From Enterobacter phage vB_ExiM_F4M1E, in the sequence record OL744216.1: a stretch of DNA of 64,000 nt. The stretch is one strand, 5' to 3'. Below are positions 8,544 through 17,479 of this stretch, one piece after another. Both the position numbers and the translations under genes were made by a program. The notes under the pieces are model-generated. The model searched no databases, had not been told where the DNA came from, and was given only the letters and a program-made list of their open reading frames with translations. Positions within the stretch are counted from its first letter, which is position 1; every line of letters begins with the position of its first letter.

Positions 8544-10100
8544 ATGTTCGACAATATTATGAGTGCCGAGGAGCTTGAACTTGCCAACGCAAATACCGAA
8601 GAGGCAGAGAAACTCCTTGAGGCGGCAAGTCTTCAATTGATGCGCTACAAGCCCTTCTATGGGGTAATGCTGGCATCAATGCCGATCACCCGTGCCACAG
8701 AGACCATCAATACGATGGCTACCAACGGGCGTGACCTGTTTTATTCTCCGGAGTTCGTCGCCGGGATGTGTGACAAGCGCAAGGCGCTGGTAAAACAGCG
8801 TATTGACCAGCAGATCACGGACAAGAAAAAGAACGCAGAGATGAAGTTGATGATCGATGTGTTTTATCGTCGCAAGACTGCCCGTGAGGTGGCCTTGGTG
8901 CTGGAGCACGAATGCGATCACGTCGTTTCTGAGCACATGTACCGTGGGAAAGGATACAACTTCGCGCTGTTCAACATTGCAGCCGACCACCGTATCAATA
9001 CGAACGCTGTTCTCAACCACACGACGAATAATGAGATGGGTACAGCTTGGTTCCCTATGGGTGCCAAAACGGTGTTCGACCCAGACAAAGAATTTGGCTT
9101 CATGAAGTGGGCATACTGTGATTTCCAGTACGCAGATATGTATGCGGAACAGATCTATGAGCTTCTCGTTAAGCAGACCCCTCCCCCTCCGCCGAGCGGT
9201 GGTGGCGGTGGTGCATCGGGAAGCGGAGAGGAAGGTCAAGGTGATTCCGGTGGTCAGGGTAATGGCCCGATGGGTACTGACCAACACCCAAATGCAGACG
9301 GGACCTTCAGTGAGCAGGATGGGGAAGACGATCTGTCCAAAGCAATGGGCACTGACCCGGGGGCTATGAAGCCGCTGACCCAGGATCAAAAGAACTATAA
9401 CGACACGGTAATGCGCCGGGCCATCGAAAACGCTGTTCAGGCAGCGGGCAAGGGAGCGCCAGCAGATGCCCGTAAGTTTGTGGAAGAGGCCGGAAAGCCG
9501 AAGGTTAACTACCTGCGCCTGTTACGTCGGACAATTGAGCGTCTGTTCAAAGACAACGTTTCATACCGCCGTTTAAACCGCCGCAGTTACTCCCTGACGC
9601 GATCTTTACGCCAGGCGGGGTATCTGACCTCTCGACAGACGATCGGCCTTCCTTCGTACACCAAGGCCAAGACAATCCGTGCCCACGTGTTCTTCGACGT
9701 GTCTGGATCGTTCACCGATGATCTTCTGGGGCCGACCAAACGGGAAATCAAGGGGCTGTGCAATCAGTATGAGGACTTTGAGGTCACAATGGCGGCTTGG
9801 TCCACAAAGGTTGGTAACATTTGCACGTACACGAAGAAGAACCTGAAGGAGATTGATAACTATAAGATCAAGACGACTTACGGGACGGATGTGAAGTGCG
9901 TGTTCGAATGTCTTGATGAACTTGACAAAGAGCCGGACCAGATTGTAATCTATACAGATGGTTACTTCTCCGATGTATCTCAGACCAAAAACTGGGCAGA
10001 GAAGTATGGCAAGAAGACTCTGTGGATCATTTTGGGCCGTCATGGGCCGGAATGGACGCCACCGTTTGGAACTGCAATTGACTTTGACAAATACCTGTAA
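8544..10100 (+). CDS. von Willebrand factor A domain protein (CobT-like partner of the MoxR ATPase)
   Basis: MIDAS-like motif FDVSGSF in C-terminal third; Gly/Pro-rich linker; immediately downstream of the AAA+ ATPase. Confidence 0.7.
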   Translation: MFDNIMSAEELELANANTEEAEKLLEAASLQLMRYKPFYGVMLASMPITRATETINTMATNGRDLFYSPEFVAGMCDKRKALVKQRIDQQITDKKKNAEMKLMIDVFYRRKTAREVALVLEHECDHVVSEHMYRGKGYNFALFNIAADHRINTNAVLNHTTNNEMGTAWFPMGAKTVFDPDKEFGFMKWAYCDFQYADMYAEQIYELLVKQTPPPPPSGGGGGASGSGEEGQGDSGGQGNGPMGTDQHPNADGTFSEQDGEDDLSKAMGTDPGAMKPLTQDQKNYNDTVMRRAIENAVQAAGKGAPADARKFVEEAGKPKVNYLRLLRRTIERLFKDNVSYRRLNRRSYSLTRSLRQAGYLTSRQTIGLPSYTKAKTIRAHVFFDVSGSFTDDLLGPTKREIKGLCNQYEDFEVTMAAWSTKVGNICTYTKKNLKEIDNYKIKTTYGTDVKCVFECLDELDKEPDQIVIYTDGYFSDVSQTKNWAEKYGKKTLWIILGRHGPEWTPPFGTAIDFDKYL

Positions 10101-10108
10101 GGAGAATT

Positions 10109-10486
10109 ATGTCACAGTACGGTTATCAATTGGAGTGTGGTCGCCGGGGGGCGACTCTCTCTGTCTTCCGCCTGGATGCATCCGGCGGCGTGGAGTACAC
10201 TTGGAAAGCGATTTTTAACAGCCGGGGCATGGAAGTGGTAAGGTCCACAGGGGAGGGTATTGAAACTCAACTGGCGCACTTTGAGACATTCCTGTACCCA
10301 GATCGTGTTGAAGAGGATGAACTGGCATTCGTGGATCTTCTTTCGATGTCTCCTGTGGAGGAGGATCATGATTTTATCCGGTTGTGTTCCTTCTTGGTTG
10401 CCAAGTGGGCAGCGGGCCACAATGAAGAGATGTTGCACGATGTGATCCGATCCACAATCAAAAGGTGGTCAGAAAAGACAACATGA
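10109..10486 (+). CDS. hypothetical protein (125 aa)
   Basis: RBS AAGGAGAA upstream. Confidence 0.5.
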   Translation: MSQYGYQLECGRRGATLSVFRLDASGGVEYTWKAIFNSRGMEVVRSTGEGIETQLAHFETFLYPDRVEEDELAFVDLLSMSPVEEDHDFIRLCSFLVAKWAAGHNEEMLHDVIRSTIKRWSEKTT

Positions 10487-10645
10487 CCCTATGTGCCCCG
10501 GAAGGCACACAAAACAATAATAGATCTAACACCTTCGCTACGCTCACCCATCCGGGCCTACGGGGTGTTGATCTGATCTTATAATAAAACTTCCCCACTC
10601 ACATTCGTTCGGGGTCAGTTTTATTAAATTTCTTCGAAATTGTCA

Positions 10646-10674
10646 TTGACAACAACATTCCCTTCATGTATCTT
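10646..10674 (+). promoter_or_regulatory. sigma70-like promoter (TTGACA-N17-TATCTT)
   Basis: consensus -35, 17-nt spacer, upstream of gene 10728. Confidence 0.35.
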
Positions 10675-10727
10675 TATGTTTAAGGGAGATTACTCCCACA
10701 CAACAAATAACATGAAGGAGAGACAAT

Positions 10728-10970
10728 ATGAGAGTACGTCAGCATCGTGGTTCATTGGTGGAAAGCCTGAAGACAGTTAAGCAGATCCCTGCCACCAAAG
10801 AAGCATTGGCAGATCACATCAACATGGTGATGGATTTCCCTGTTAAGTTTGGACCTGGCTCCATCAGTCTGATTCATCAGGGTATGGATGATCGAATCGG
10901 TTGGGATACTTATCTCATCACGGTTTCAGGTTTGGGTGTGTTTGGTTATTGTGATGAGGAGGTCAAATGA
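10728..10970 (+). CDS. hypothetical protein (80 aa)
   Basis: RBS AAGGAGAGA upstream. Confidence 0.5.
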   Translation: MRVRQHRGSLVESLKTVKQIPATKEALADHINMVMDFPVKFGPGSISLIHQGMDDRIGWDTYLITVSGLGVFGYCDEEVK

Positions 10971-11059
10971 ACATCCTGTTTGCAGGTATTGTATTGATCC
11001 TCGTTGTGGATTTCTTCTATTCAAAATATCGAAGGAATCCGTATGGAACTTGGGGATAA
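10967..11059 (+). CDS. small membrane peptide (~30 aa)
   Basis: ATGA overlap; hydrophobic FAGIVLILVVDFF. Confidence 0.25.
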   Translation: MNILFAGIVLILVVDFFYSKYRRNPYGTWG

Positions 11060-11165
11060 GATCTCAATAGGTCTTGTGCTCCTTGGTGGATCTATGCTAC
11101 TGTTTGGACTGATCGGAAAGATCATTATGTTCTTCATAACACTCTGTGGAGGTTTCAGTGGGTAA
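11043..11165 (+). CDS. small membrane peptide (~40 aa)
   Basis: two hydrophobic segments; overlaps previous peptide. Confidence 0.25.
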   Translation: MELGDKISIGLVLLGGSMLLFGLIGKIIMFFITLCGGFSG

Positions 11166-11279
11166 TATCAAATGGTGGGCACTAATGCCTGCGGCAAATG
11201 AGAACGAAGGTGGCGACGGGAAACGTGCTGTGGCACAACAGTATTTTTGGTGGCCTTCTAACATTAATCCGGGGGCGTA

Positions 11280-11630
11280 ATGGAAAACATCGTATTTTAT
11301 TCCCTTTGGGCACTGTCCTCAGTTGTCGGGGTATGGCGTATGATCAACCTGATGTCCATGTCAGGTCGCGTGGGTAACGACGATCGTGTGATGGTCCTCT
11401 TCATCCTCACGCCAGCCAGTTTACTGATGACTCCGGTCATACTGGTTGTGGAACTTCTGTTCTGGGCGGGGAAGAAGATTGACAATTTCCGAGAATCTCC
11501 CGGCTACGTGACTTGGAAGATCCAACGTCAGATCCGTAAACGTCGCCGGGGGCCTCTGGTTCGTGTTGTTGAGCATTTGTACAATAAGCGTAAGGAGAGG
11601 GCACGTGAAAAAGACGTATCTGAAGTATAA
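11280..11630 (+). CDS. membrane protein (116 aa)
   Basis: two TM-like helices; basic C-terminus. Confidence 0.45.
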   Translation: MENIVFYSLWALSSVVGVWRMINLMSMSGRVGNDDRVMVLFILTPASLLMTPVILVVELLFWAGKKIDNFRESPGYVTWKIQRQIRKRRRGPLVRVVEHLYNKRKERAREKDVSEV

Positions 11631-11763
11631 ATGGCGCTTCTGGGAGCATACTCTGGTCTTTACTGGGTGGCTCTTCGGATACGGTCATGATGTCTACTAC
11701 GGCGTCAAGGATAGCCGCAACAAGGCATACTTCGCCTATACTTTCCACAAGGAGCGAGTATGA
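11605..11763 (+). CDS. small hypothetical protein (GTG start)
   Basis: AAGGAGAGGG just upstream of GTG; aromatic-rich. Confidence 0.3.
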   Translation: MKKTYLKYKWRFWEHTLVFTGWLFGYGHDVYYGVKDSRNKAYFAYTFHKERV

Positions 11764-12017
11764 AGCTCGGAAGTGTTCAAATCAGTGTGTTGCATGTCTT
11801 GGCAACCCGGGATCGTGGGTGGGTTGACCACCCCTACGGACCAGGGTGGGTTTGGGATAGTGTTGGCGGGACCCGGAGAACCTTGGAAGCCTTGGTTAAA
11901 CGCGGACTGGTTGACAAAGGGGAGTATGTTTCACCAGACACCGGGCATAAGTGTCCCCAGTATAGAATCTCACAGGCCGGAAAGGTATTCCTTCTGGGGC
12001 GTCCCTACGGGAAATAG
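11760..12017 (+). CDS. hypothetical protein (85 aa)
   Basis: ATGA overlap with upstream. Confidence 0.45.
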   Translation: MKLGSVQISVLHVLATRDRGWVDHPYGPGWVWDSVGGTRRTLEALVKRGLVDKGEYVSPDTGHKCPQYRISQAGKVFLLGRPYGK

Positions 12018-12059
12018 TGGGAAGACCCTCCGAGAATCCTATTGATAAAGAGGTAAATA

Positions 12060-12257
12060 ATGGCTAAACTAACTAAACCCCAGCAAAAGTTTCTGCTGGC
12101 TGCACTGGGCGGCGACCACAACCGTGACCTAAAGGGCAAAGTTCAGGACAACCTTGCTTCGCAAGGGCTGATTCGTTATCTTCCGCCGTTTGGCTGGGTT
12201 CTCACTTCAGAAGGTGGGGAAATTGCCCGTGAACTGGAGGCCCGCCGTGCAGATTAA
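12060..12257 (+). CDS. hypothetical protein (65 aa)
   Basis: RBS; possible HTH-like. Confidence 0.45.
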   Translation: MAKLTKPQQKFLLAALGGDHNRDLKGKVQDNLASQGLIRYLPPFGWVLTSEGGEIARELEARRAD

Positions 12258-12786
12258 GCGTTCCACAATCGAAAAGATCCGTATCGAAGACATTCAGGAT
12301 TCACATCGCCTTGACCCGGTTGAGGTTATTGTGGAGAACTTTGAACCCGGCGCAGGCAAGATTACCATCTCTTGCTACGGTCAGGTCTGGACAGGCTTCT
12401 GGGGAAGCATGGGCGGCACAGTGGAGGAGTTCTTCCAGCGTGTCTCTAATGACTACCTGATCGATAAGATGTCTGACTACCGGGCAACGGAGCCGGACCC
12501 AGATAAGGACCCGGAGTATCTGAAGTCTTTGATCCTGAAACACCGCCGTTCCCGAGACATCACCAAAGACCAAGCGAAGCAGGCGTGGTACTACGTTGAT
12601 AGCTACGGGCCGGATCGTAACTCTCTTTGTTACGGCTACGTTCCGGAGGAGTTGCAGGTTATCGAGGGTATGTGTGAACCTTGGTACTTTGACTGGCCTC
12701 AAATTCCAAGCACTAACTACGCATATCTGGAGCGTATTCTTGATCTCGTTCGTGAAGTTATAAAACCCGGAGGAAACAATGAATAA
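12247..12786 (+). CDS. hypothetical protein (GTG start preferred over upstream ATG 12190)
   Basis: GGAGG 8 nt upstream of GTG; avoids 68-nt overlap. Confidence 0.45.
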   Translation: MQIKRSTIEKIRIEDIQDSHRLDPVEVIVENFEPGAGKITISCYGQVWTGFWGSMGGTVEEFFQRVSNDYLIDKMSDYRATEPDPDKDPEYLKSLILKHRRSRDITKDQAKQAWYYVDSYGPDRNSLCYGYVPEELQVIEGMCEPWYFDWPQIPSTNYAYLERILDLVREVIKPGGNNE

Positions 12787-12988
12787 GGTACGCTGTACGT
12801 ATGTCGAAGAGGATATGGAATGCCACTTCACCGTTGGTAAAGAATATGCCTGCAAGGTTGACGAATCGGCAGCAGATCCTAACTCGATGATTGTCATTGG
12901 GGAGGATAAGGAGCCGTGGTACGCCGAACGCTTAGATGACAATAACGTATCTCTGTTGGGCATTTTCGTAAAATTTGAATTTATTTAA
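12779..12988 (+). CDS. hypothetical protein (69 aa)
   Basis: overlapping start; followed by terminator. Confidence 0.4.
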   Translation: MNKVRCTYVEEDMECHFTVGKEYACKVDESAADPNSMIVIGEDKEPWYAERLDDNNVSLLGIFVKFEFI

Positions 12989-12990
12989 TG

Positions 12991-13020
12991 AAAAGGGGTT
13001 GACTTCGGTCAGCCCCTTTT
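12991..13020. terminator. intrinsic terminator (AAAAGGGGTTGAC-TTCG-GTCAGCCCCTTTT)
   Basis: perfect GC stem with A-run and T-run on either side (bidirectional). Confidence 0.7.
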
Positions 13021-13066
13021 GCTATTCTTACCTAATCGAAACGAAACAGACGAAAGGAACAACAAA

Positions 13067-13297
13067 ATGAGCATGAAGAAAAAAGCAAACGACCTGGCAC
13101 GTGTAGCAGTACAGAAAGGCCACATCGAAGCAGTTCGTCGCTTGCAGCAGGCTTTCGAACTTGAACTCCGCGCCGCTGGCGTGAAGGGAGAGGAAGTGAA
13201 CAAGGCTCTCGCAGTTATCAATGCCAACATCGGTTTCTACGAAGACAAGATTGGCGGTGAGTATGACAACGCACTGTTCGAGATGGAGGACCTGTAA
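13067..13297 (+). CDS. hypothetical protein (76 aa)
   Basis: RBS GAAAGGAA before ATG 13067. Confidence 0.5.
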   Translation: MSMKKKANDLARVAVQKGHIEAVRRLQQAFELELRAAGVKGEEVNKALAVINANIGFYEDKIGGEYDNALFEMEDL

Positions 13298-13491
13298 TGG
13301 CTAAAGCAACTGTACGCCTGAGCCAAGGTGCTGAATGGGTGGTTGACAGGATGCCAAACGTTCTGTACCCTCAGTTTCAGAAAGACCTCGAAGAGGCCAT
13401 TACTGCAATAATGCACCAGTATGGCTACGACAACGGGATCGCAATGGCGTTCCATGAATCTACCCCGGTATACGTGGAGAGAAGCAAATGA
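13297..13491 (+). CDS. hypothetical protein (64 aa)
   Basis: ATG overlaps upstream stop. Confidence 0.45.
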   Translation: MAKATVRLSQGAEWVVDRMPNVLYPQFQKDLEEAITAIMHQYGYDNGIAMAFHESTPVYVERSK

Positions 13492-13850
13492 ATATCAAAA
13501 CAATCGTCCCACAATACATGGTTCGCCAGGGTCTTGGTGACTGTGAGTGCCACATCAACGACTCCTGCGACTGTATGCCGGAGTTAGTCCTGACCAAAAA
13601 CGGTCTTGGCGGTCAGGGTGTGGCGTACTGGACATACACCGACGATACTTGCCCGGCGGATATCGACGATGCAGGAAAGGCGTATTGGTGTGAGTTCCTT
13701 GGTCTGCCGGGTTTCTGGGCAATGGGTGAGGACGATGCAGCAGAAACTTTGCTGGCACGTCTTGACTCTATGGGTCAGTGTGCTACAGTTAACTTCCGAA
13801 ACACGAAACAGGCGAGCGAAGTCATCGCCGAACTGGAGAAAAATAAATGA
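13488..13850 (+). CDS. Cys-rich hypothetical protein (120 aa)
   Basis: CECHINDSCDC and CPADIDD motifs. Confidence 0.5.
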   Translation: MNIKTIVPQYMVRQGLGDCECHINDSCDCMPELVLTKNGLGGQGVAYWTYTDDTCPADIDDAGKAYWCEFLGLPGFWAMGEDDAAETLLARLDSMGQCATVNFRNTKQASEVIAELEKNK

Positions 13851-14188
13851 GCATCTTTGAAAATATCCGCACACTCGAAGCATCAGCAGAAATTTGCGTG
13901 AAAGACACCCGTCAGTACATCGCTATGCGAGAAGGTGACGCTGAACGTTGGGAACTGGACGCTTTCATCCCACGCATGGATGACAACTGCTTCCACTTTA
14001 CTGAAGCGGTGGAGAAGCTGAACCTGGACAACCCAGTCAATATGCTTCGTTTCATCAAGGCTATCAAGGCGCTGGGTGCGGTTGAGACACTGGAACGTAT
14101 GCAGGAGAGCGAAGAGTTCTCCACCTTCGTAAACATCCGCCTTGAAGGCTGGGTAAACCGTATCACCTCGGAGGCCACAGATGACTAA
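13847..14188 (+). CDS. hypothetical protein (113 aa)
   Basis: ATGA overlap. Confidence 0.5.
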   Translation: MSIFENIRTLEASAEICVKDTRQYIAMREGDAERWELDAFIPRMDDNCFHFTEAVEKLNLDNPVNMLRFIKAIKALGAVETLERMQESEEFSTFVNIRLEGWVNRITSEATDD

Positions 14189-14408
14189 GTTGATCAGTCA
14201 CAAAGAAGCTGGTAAACTCATCAACCGTGCATATGAGTTGACCCGGGCGCACCCTCAGTTACGTGTGGGCCAGAATCTCTGGAACTACGTTAACGAGGAT
14301 TACCCGGACGTGGCAGCGTTGTTTCATGGTGGGGAGCATGACTTCTTCTATCAGCCAAATGCGGCAGTAGCCGTTGAAACATTCCTTATCTATTACGTGG
14401 AGAAATAA
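14181..14408 (+). CDS. hypothetical protein (75 aa)
   Basis: operon context. Confidence 0.45.
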   Translation: MTKLISHKEAGKLINRAYELTRAHPQLRVGQNLWNYVNEDYPDVAALFHGGEHDFFYQPNAAVAVETFLIYYVEK

Positions 14409-14409
14409 A

Positions 14410-14685
14410 ATGAGCATCGACCTGAAAATCACACGCACTATCAGTACCGGGGTAATGTTCTTCGTCCCCCATGACGAAGACCGTTATGACGAAATTGAAA
14501 CCACGATCCTGAATGAGTTTATCGATCTGGATTGCGGGTCTGTCGCGCTTCACGCCGATGATGCTGAGTTCTGTCAGTATTACCTAACTGCCGACATCGA
14601 GGATGAGGAAGAGTTCCACAAGGTGTGCCAGTGGCTCCTGAAGCGCATGGAAGAACTGGGCACCACACTGGATTTCGTATCATGA
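14410..14685 (+). CDS. hypothetical protein (91 aa)
   Basis: ATG 14410 right after upstream stop. Confidence 0.45.
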   Translation: MSIDLKITRTISTGVMFFVPHDEDRYDEIETTILNEFIDLDCGSVALHADDAEFCQYYLTADIEDEEEFHKVCQWLLKRMEELGTTLDFVS

Positions 14686-14909
14686 CAAAGTACGTTTTCT
14701 TGTCCAACATCATGTACAACAGCATGGCTATCCGCCGGGTTCGTTGGTGGCATAAGCTGTTCGGTCATGCAGGAGAGGTTGTCCTTGATTACGTATATGT
14801 AAATCAGGTTGACAATGAGGACGGGTTCCGCAAGGCGGTCATCTACTTCCGTAATCGGGGCCTGGAGGCCCAAGTTATGGGTATGAAAATGCACGAGGGT
14901 ATCGTATGA
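14682..14909 (+). CDS. hypothetical protein (75 aa)
   Basis: ATGA overlap start at 14682. Confidence 0.45.
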   Translation: MTKYVFLSNIMYNSMAIRRVRWWHKLFGHAGEVVLDYVYVNQVDNEDGFRKAVIYFRNRGLEAQVMGMKMHEGIV

Positions 14910-15178
14910 TCTGCTACGACAAATATGGTAAGATGACGCCAGAGTTTCAGGCTTACCAACAAGAGGCTTGGGACAAGCTGCGGGCCATTGCCGGGCAACT
15001 GACGAAGCAAGCCATTGCCAGTGGTGTTTGTCCCAATGCAATGCGGGATACAATGGTCAAGGCTATCGAGTGCGGATGTGTTGTTGCCTGTGCAGAGGTC
15101 TTCGTTGAAGAGAACAAGAAGGATGTGCCCCAGAAAGGCTCTCCTGAGTGGCACATGGGGTTCGTGAACGGACTTTGA
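14906..15178 (+). CDS. hypothetical protein (90 aa)
   Basis: ATGA overlap. Confidence 0.45.
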   Translation: MICYDKYGKMTPEFQAYQQEAWDKLRAIAGQLTKQAIASGVCPNAMRDTMVKAIECGCVVACAEVFVEENKKDVPQKGSPEWHMGFVNGL

Positions 15179-15236
15179 TAAATCATACCGGGAGAGGCTT
15201 GCGCCTCTCCTGATGCGTTACAGGAGCAAATAGAGC

Positions 15237-16097
15237 ATGTCCTCATTTGATGCGGTTTTCTTACACGGTGTTGCTGACTATTCCAAAGGCACCAGCCCAA
15301 CACCCGAGATCCCGGACTGGAAAAATTTACAGCGCCGCCTGTCCGACGTGGAGAGCACCGCCAGGTCAGAGTGGCAGAATAATGATTCAATAGCATCTGA
15401 CATTAAAGATATCGCCAGCGACTTTGATTTCGACTCCTCGCTTGAGGATTTCGTAATCAGGGCAAATGACAAGATAGATCATCTCCACCAAGGTATCCGC
15501 GATGCCAGCTATGATCTCGATACCAACTGGGACCCTGACGCGATGACCCGTGATCAAATGGTGATTTTTGTCGAGAACCTTAAAGATCACCTCCAAGAAT
15601 ACCTTCCCAACTCCCGGCAAATGAAAGAGGTGGCTATGGGTTGGTATGGTTACAACGTTGCCCGGTTTGTTGAGGAGTATCATCCACTGGGCCAAGTGTG
15701 GCTCTGCTACACCCATGATGACACATACATGGGGGATTTGCACGACTCCAAGTTGGGCGACCTTACCATAAAGGCTTGTGCCAATGGTATCTTGAGATTC
15801 ACGACTCAGTGGGTCCCTGGGTATCTTCACTTTACCAGCGACAATAAGATTGTCATGGGTGAACGTGAAGGTAAAGGCAATATCGTCATTAAGGTGGATG
15901 AGTTCAAGACATACTTCGAAGACTGGAGGCGTCCAACAGAAGAGGAGATAGGCTTGTTTGATGTCCTCCACCCGGGGGCGAACTGGTCCGTATTCCGATA
16001 CTTGCGAGACTACGAAGGGAAGAACTACATCTCAAACAAGAAGGTCATCACCACCATACCGACCAGCAGTTTGATATCGGTGAGCACAGCACTGTGA
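15237..16097 (+). CDS. hypothetical protein (286 aa)
   Basis: long ORF, last gene before origin-like region. Confidence 0.55.
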   Translation: MSSFDAVFLHGVADYSKGTSPTPEIPDWKNLQRRLSDVESTARSEWQNNDSIASDIKDIASDFDFDSSLEDFVIRANDKIDHLHQGIRDASYDLDTNWDPDAMTRDQMVIFVENLKDHLQEYLPNSRQMKEVAMGWYGYNVARFVEEYHPLGQVWLCYTHDDTYMGDLHDSKLGDLTIKACANGILRFTTQWVPGYLHFTSDNKIVMGEREGKGNIVIKVDEFKTYFEDWRRPTEEEIGLFDVLHPGANWSVFRYLRDYEGKNYISNKKVITTIPTSSLISVSTAL

Positions 16098-16099
16098 TA

Positions 16100-16360
16100 T
16101 TTGTGAGCTAAGGACGGCTCAGATTTCAGATCGGTTTTCGATTTGATATTTTCGCCTGATATTTGCGTAGATATTTGAAATCAGATTTCAATTCGAAATT
16201 CAATTTGAGATTTGATTTGGGATGGGGCTGCTGACCGGAACCCAGATCTGATTTCTTTTTCAGATTTACTGACCAGTGTATCAAACCGTCTGACCTGTGG
16301 TCAATACCTAATGCATCATAAATGTTACATTAAGGGACTTATGCACCACTAATGGTACAT
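16100..16360. repeat. AT-rich region with reiterated GATTT/AGATTTC short repeats
   Basis: gatttc, gatattt, agatttga repeated >15 times; no ORF. Confidence 0.6.
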
Positions 16361-16402
16361 ATATGTTACAATGCTGGAGTTATCCTCTATCAGAAAATTT
16401 GA

Positions 16403-16582
16403 GGGTCTCGATCGACTTTTCACTTTGCCAATCGTATTCTCTGCCCGGCGGGCGGGGCCGGAGTCTCGGTACAAAAACCGGGGTCTCGATCGGTTTTTCG
16501 ATTTCCAGATCGTATTCTCGATACAGGTACAGGTCTCGCGCCGGGGTCTCGATCGAAAATTCATTTTCGAAAACGTATTCTC
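16403..16582. repeat. three tandem bipartite iterons GGGTCTCGATCG(A)-N15/16-A(T/A)CGTATTCTC (approx 16403-16441, 16481-16519, 16544-16582) plus degenerate copies
   Basis: direct repeats about 70 bp apart; fourth copy at 5046-5084; adjacent to AT-rich tract. Confidence 0.65.
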
Positions 16583-16617
16583 AAAATCTATACAGAGGTT
16601 CAAATCGAAATGCAAAT

Positions 16618-16722
16618 CGTTATCATTCTCACCTCTACCGGGTCGGAGTGAGAATCGTTCTCATTTGCAAATGCAACTAATAATCATTCGCATTCAGCTT
16701 GTTGAATGATAATCATTTTCAT
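16618..16722. promoter_or_regulatory. cluster of Fur-box-like AATCATTCTCAT-type sites (best: GAATGATAATCATTTTCAT approx 16704-16722)
   Basis: 14/16 match to Fur core AATGATAATCATTATC; near-palindrome GAGAATCGTTCTCAT. Confidence 0.4.
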
Positions 16723-16998
16723 CTCCAGAATAGCGGGCAGGTCCGGTGATTGTCTCCGGGTCAATTCTCCCCGCTATGTGTATAATATAACCCAAGCCCG
16801 GCCCGGTTGCAAGCGTCTTTACAGTTCTTTACAAAACTATTTTAGGCGAACTACCGGCGATCCACCTTCCGACCTGGCCCCGGTGCCCGGTACGTTAGCC
16901 CCGCCTTTTCGCCGTGGGGTGGCGTCTCCTCTCCTGTATGTGTACATTATGCACCAGGCCCGGCGGGCCGTCAATACAAAAATCAAAATAAATTTTTC

Positions 16999-17028
16999 TT
17001 GACCTGCCAGGCAAGCCGGGCCACAATG
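16999..17028 (+). promoter_or_regulatory. promoter P1 (TTGACC-N17/18-CACAAT)
   Basis: first of the promoter array. Confidence 0.4.
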
Positions 17029-17057
17029 CAGGCACACCAACAAAAGGAGATCGACCC

Positions 17058-17390
17058 ATGCAACAGACGAAATATTTTATTGAAGGAACAGCCGCCGCCC
17101 ACGCCGGGCAGATCCGCGCCTGCCGCTACAATAAAGAAGAGAACCGCCGCGAATGGTTCGCCGGGTTCGATAGTGTGGATCGTGGTTTCGCCGTGTTTAA
17201 GATCCTCCCTGGCCCCGGCGCTGTTAAGCTGGCTGACCTGGACCCCGTTTATATTGGTGGCGTTAAACAATGCCAGGATCGCGCCGTTACCCTGCAACAG
17301 ACAGACCGCGCCGGGCGCTATGTCATTTATGATATGGCAACGGGCAAGCCGTACCAGGAAAGCACAAAATTAAATTACAAAAATATTTAA
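17058..17390 (+). CDS. hypothetical early-type protein (110 aa)
   Basis: ORF behind P1 with RBS AAAGGAGA. Confidence 0.5.
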   Translation: MQQTKYFIEGTAAAHAGQIRACRYNKEENRREWFAGFDSVDRGFAVFKILPGPGAVKLADLDPVYIGGVKQCQDRAVTLQQTDRAGRYVIYDMATGKPYQESTKLNYKNI

Positions 17391-17399
17391 AATAATGCT

Positions 17400-17428
17400 T
17401 GACGGGGCCGACGATAGGCCCCATAATT
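17400..17428 (+). promoter_or_regulatory. promoter P2 TTGACG-N17-CATAAT, spacer GGGCC..GGCCC dyad
   Basis: consensus hexamers and 17-nt spacer. Confidence 0.6.
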
Positions 17429-17479
17429 CACCACATAGCGACGCACACCGCGCCGCACTAACAAAGAGAGACCGTCATC

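Noticed and set aside
16385-16600. Possible CRISPR array (short direct repeats with spacers)
   Set aside because: Only three or four copies, a bipartite repeat with fixed 15-16-nt internal spacing, about 70-bp period, no leader and no cas genes. Iterons explain it better.
16349-16709. ORFs 16349-16615(-), 16363-16680(+), 16371-16709(+) of 88-112 aa
   Set aside because: They lie entirely within the iteron and Fur-like repeat DNA, translate to low-complexity Arg/Ser-rich sequence, and have no RBS. They are repeats read as protein.
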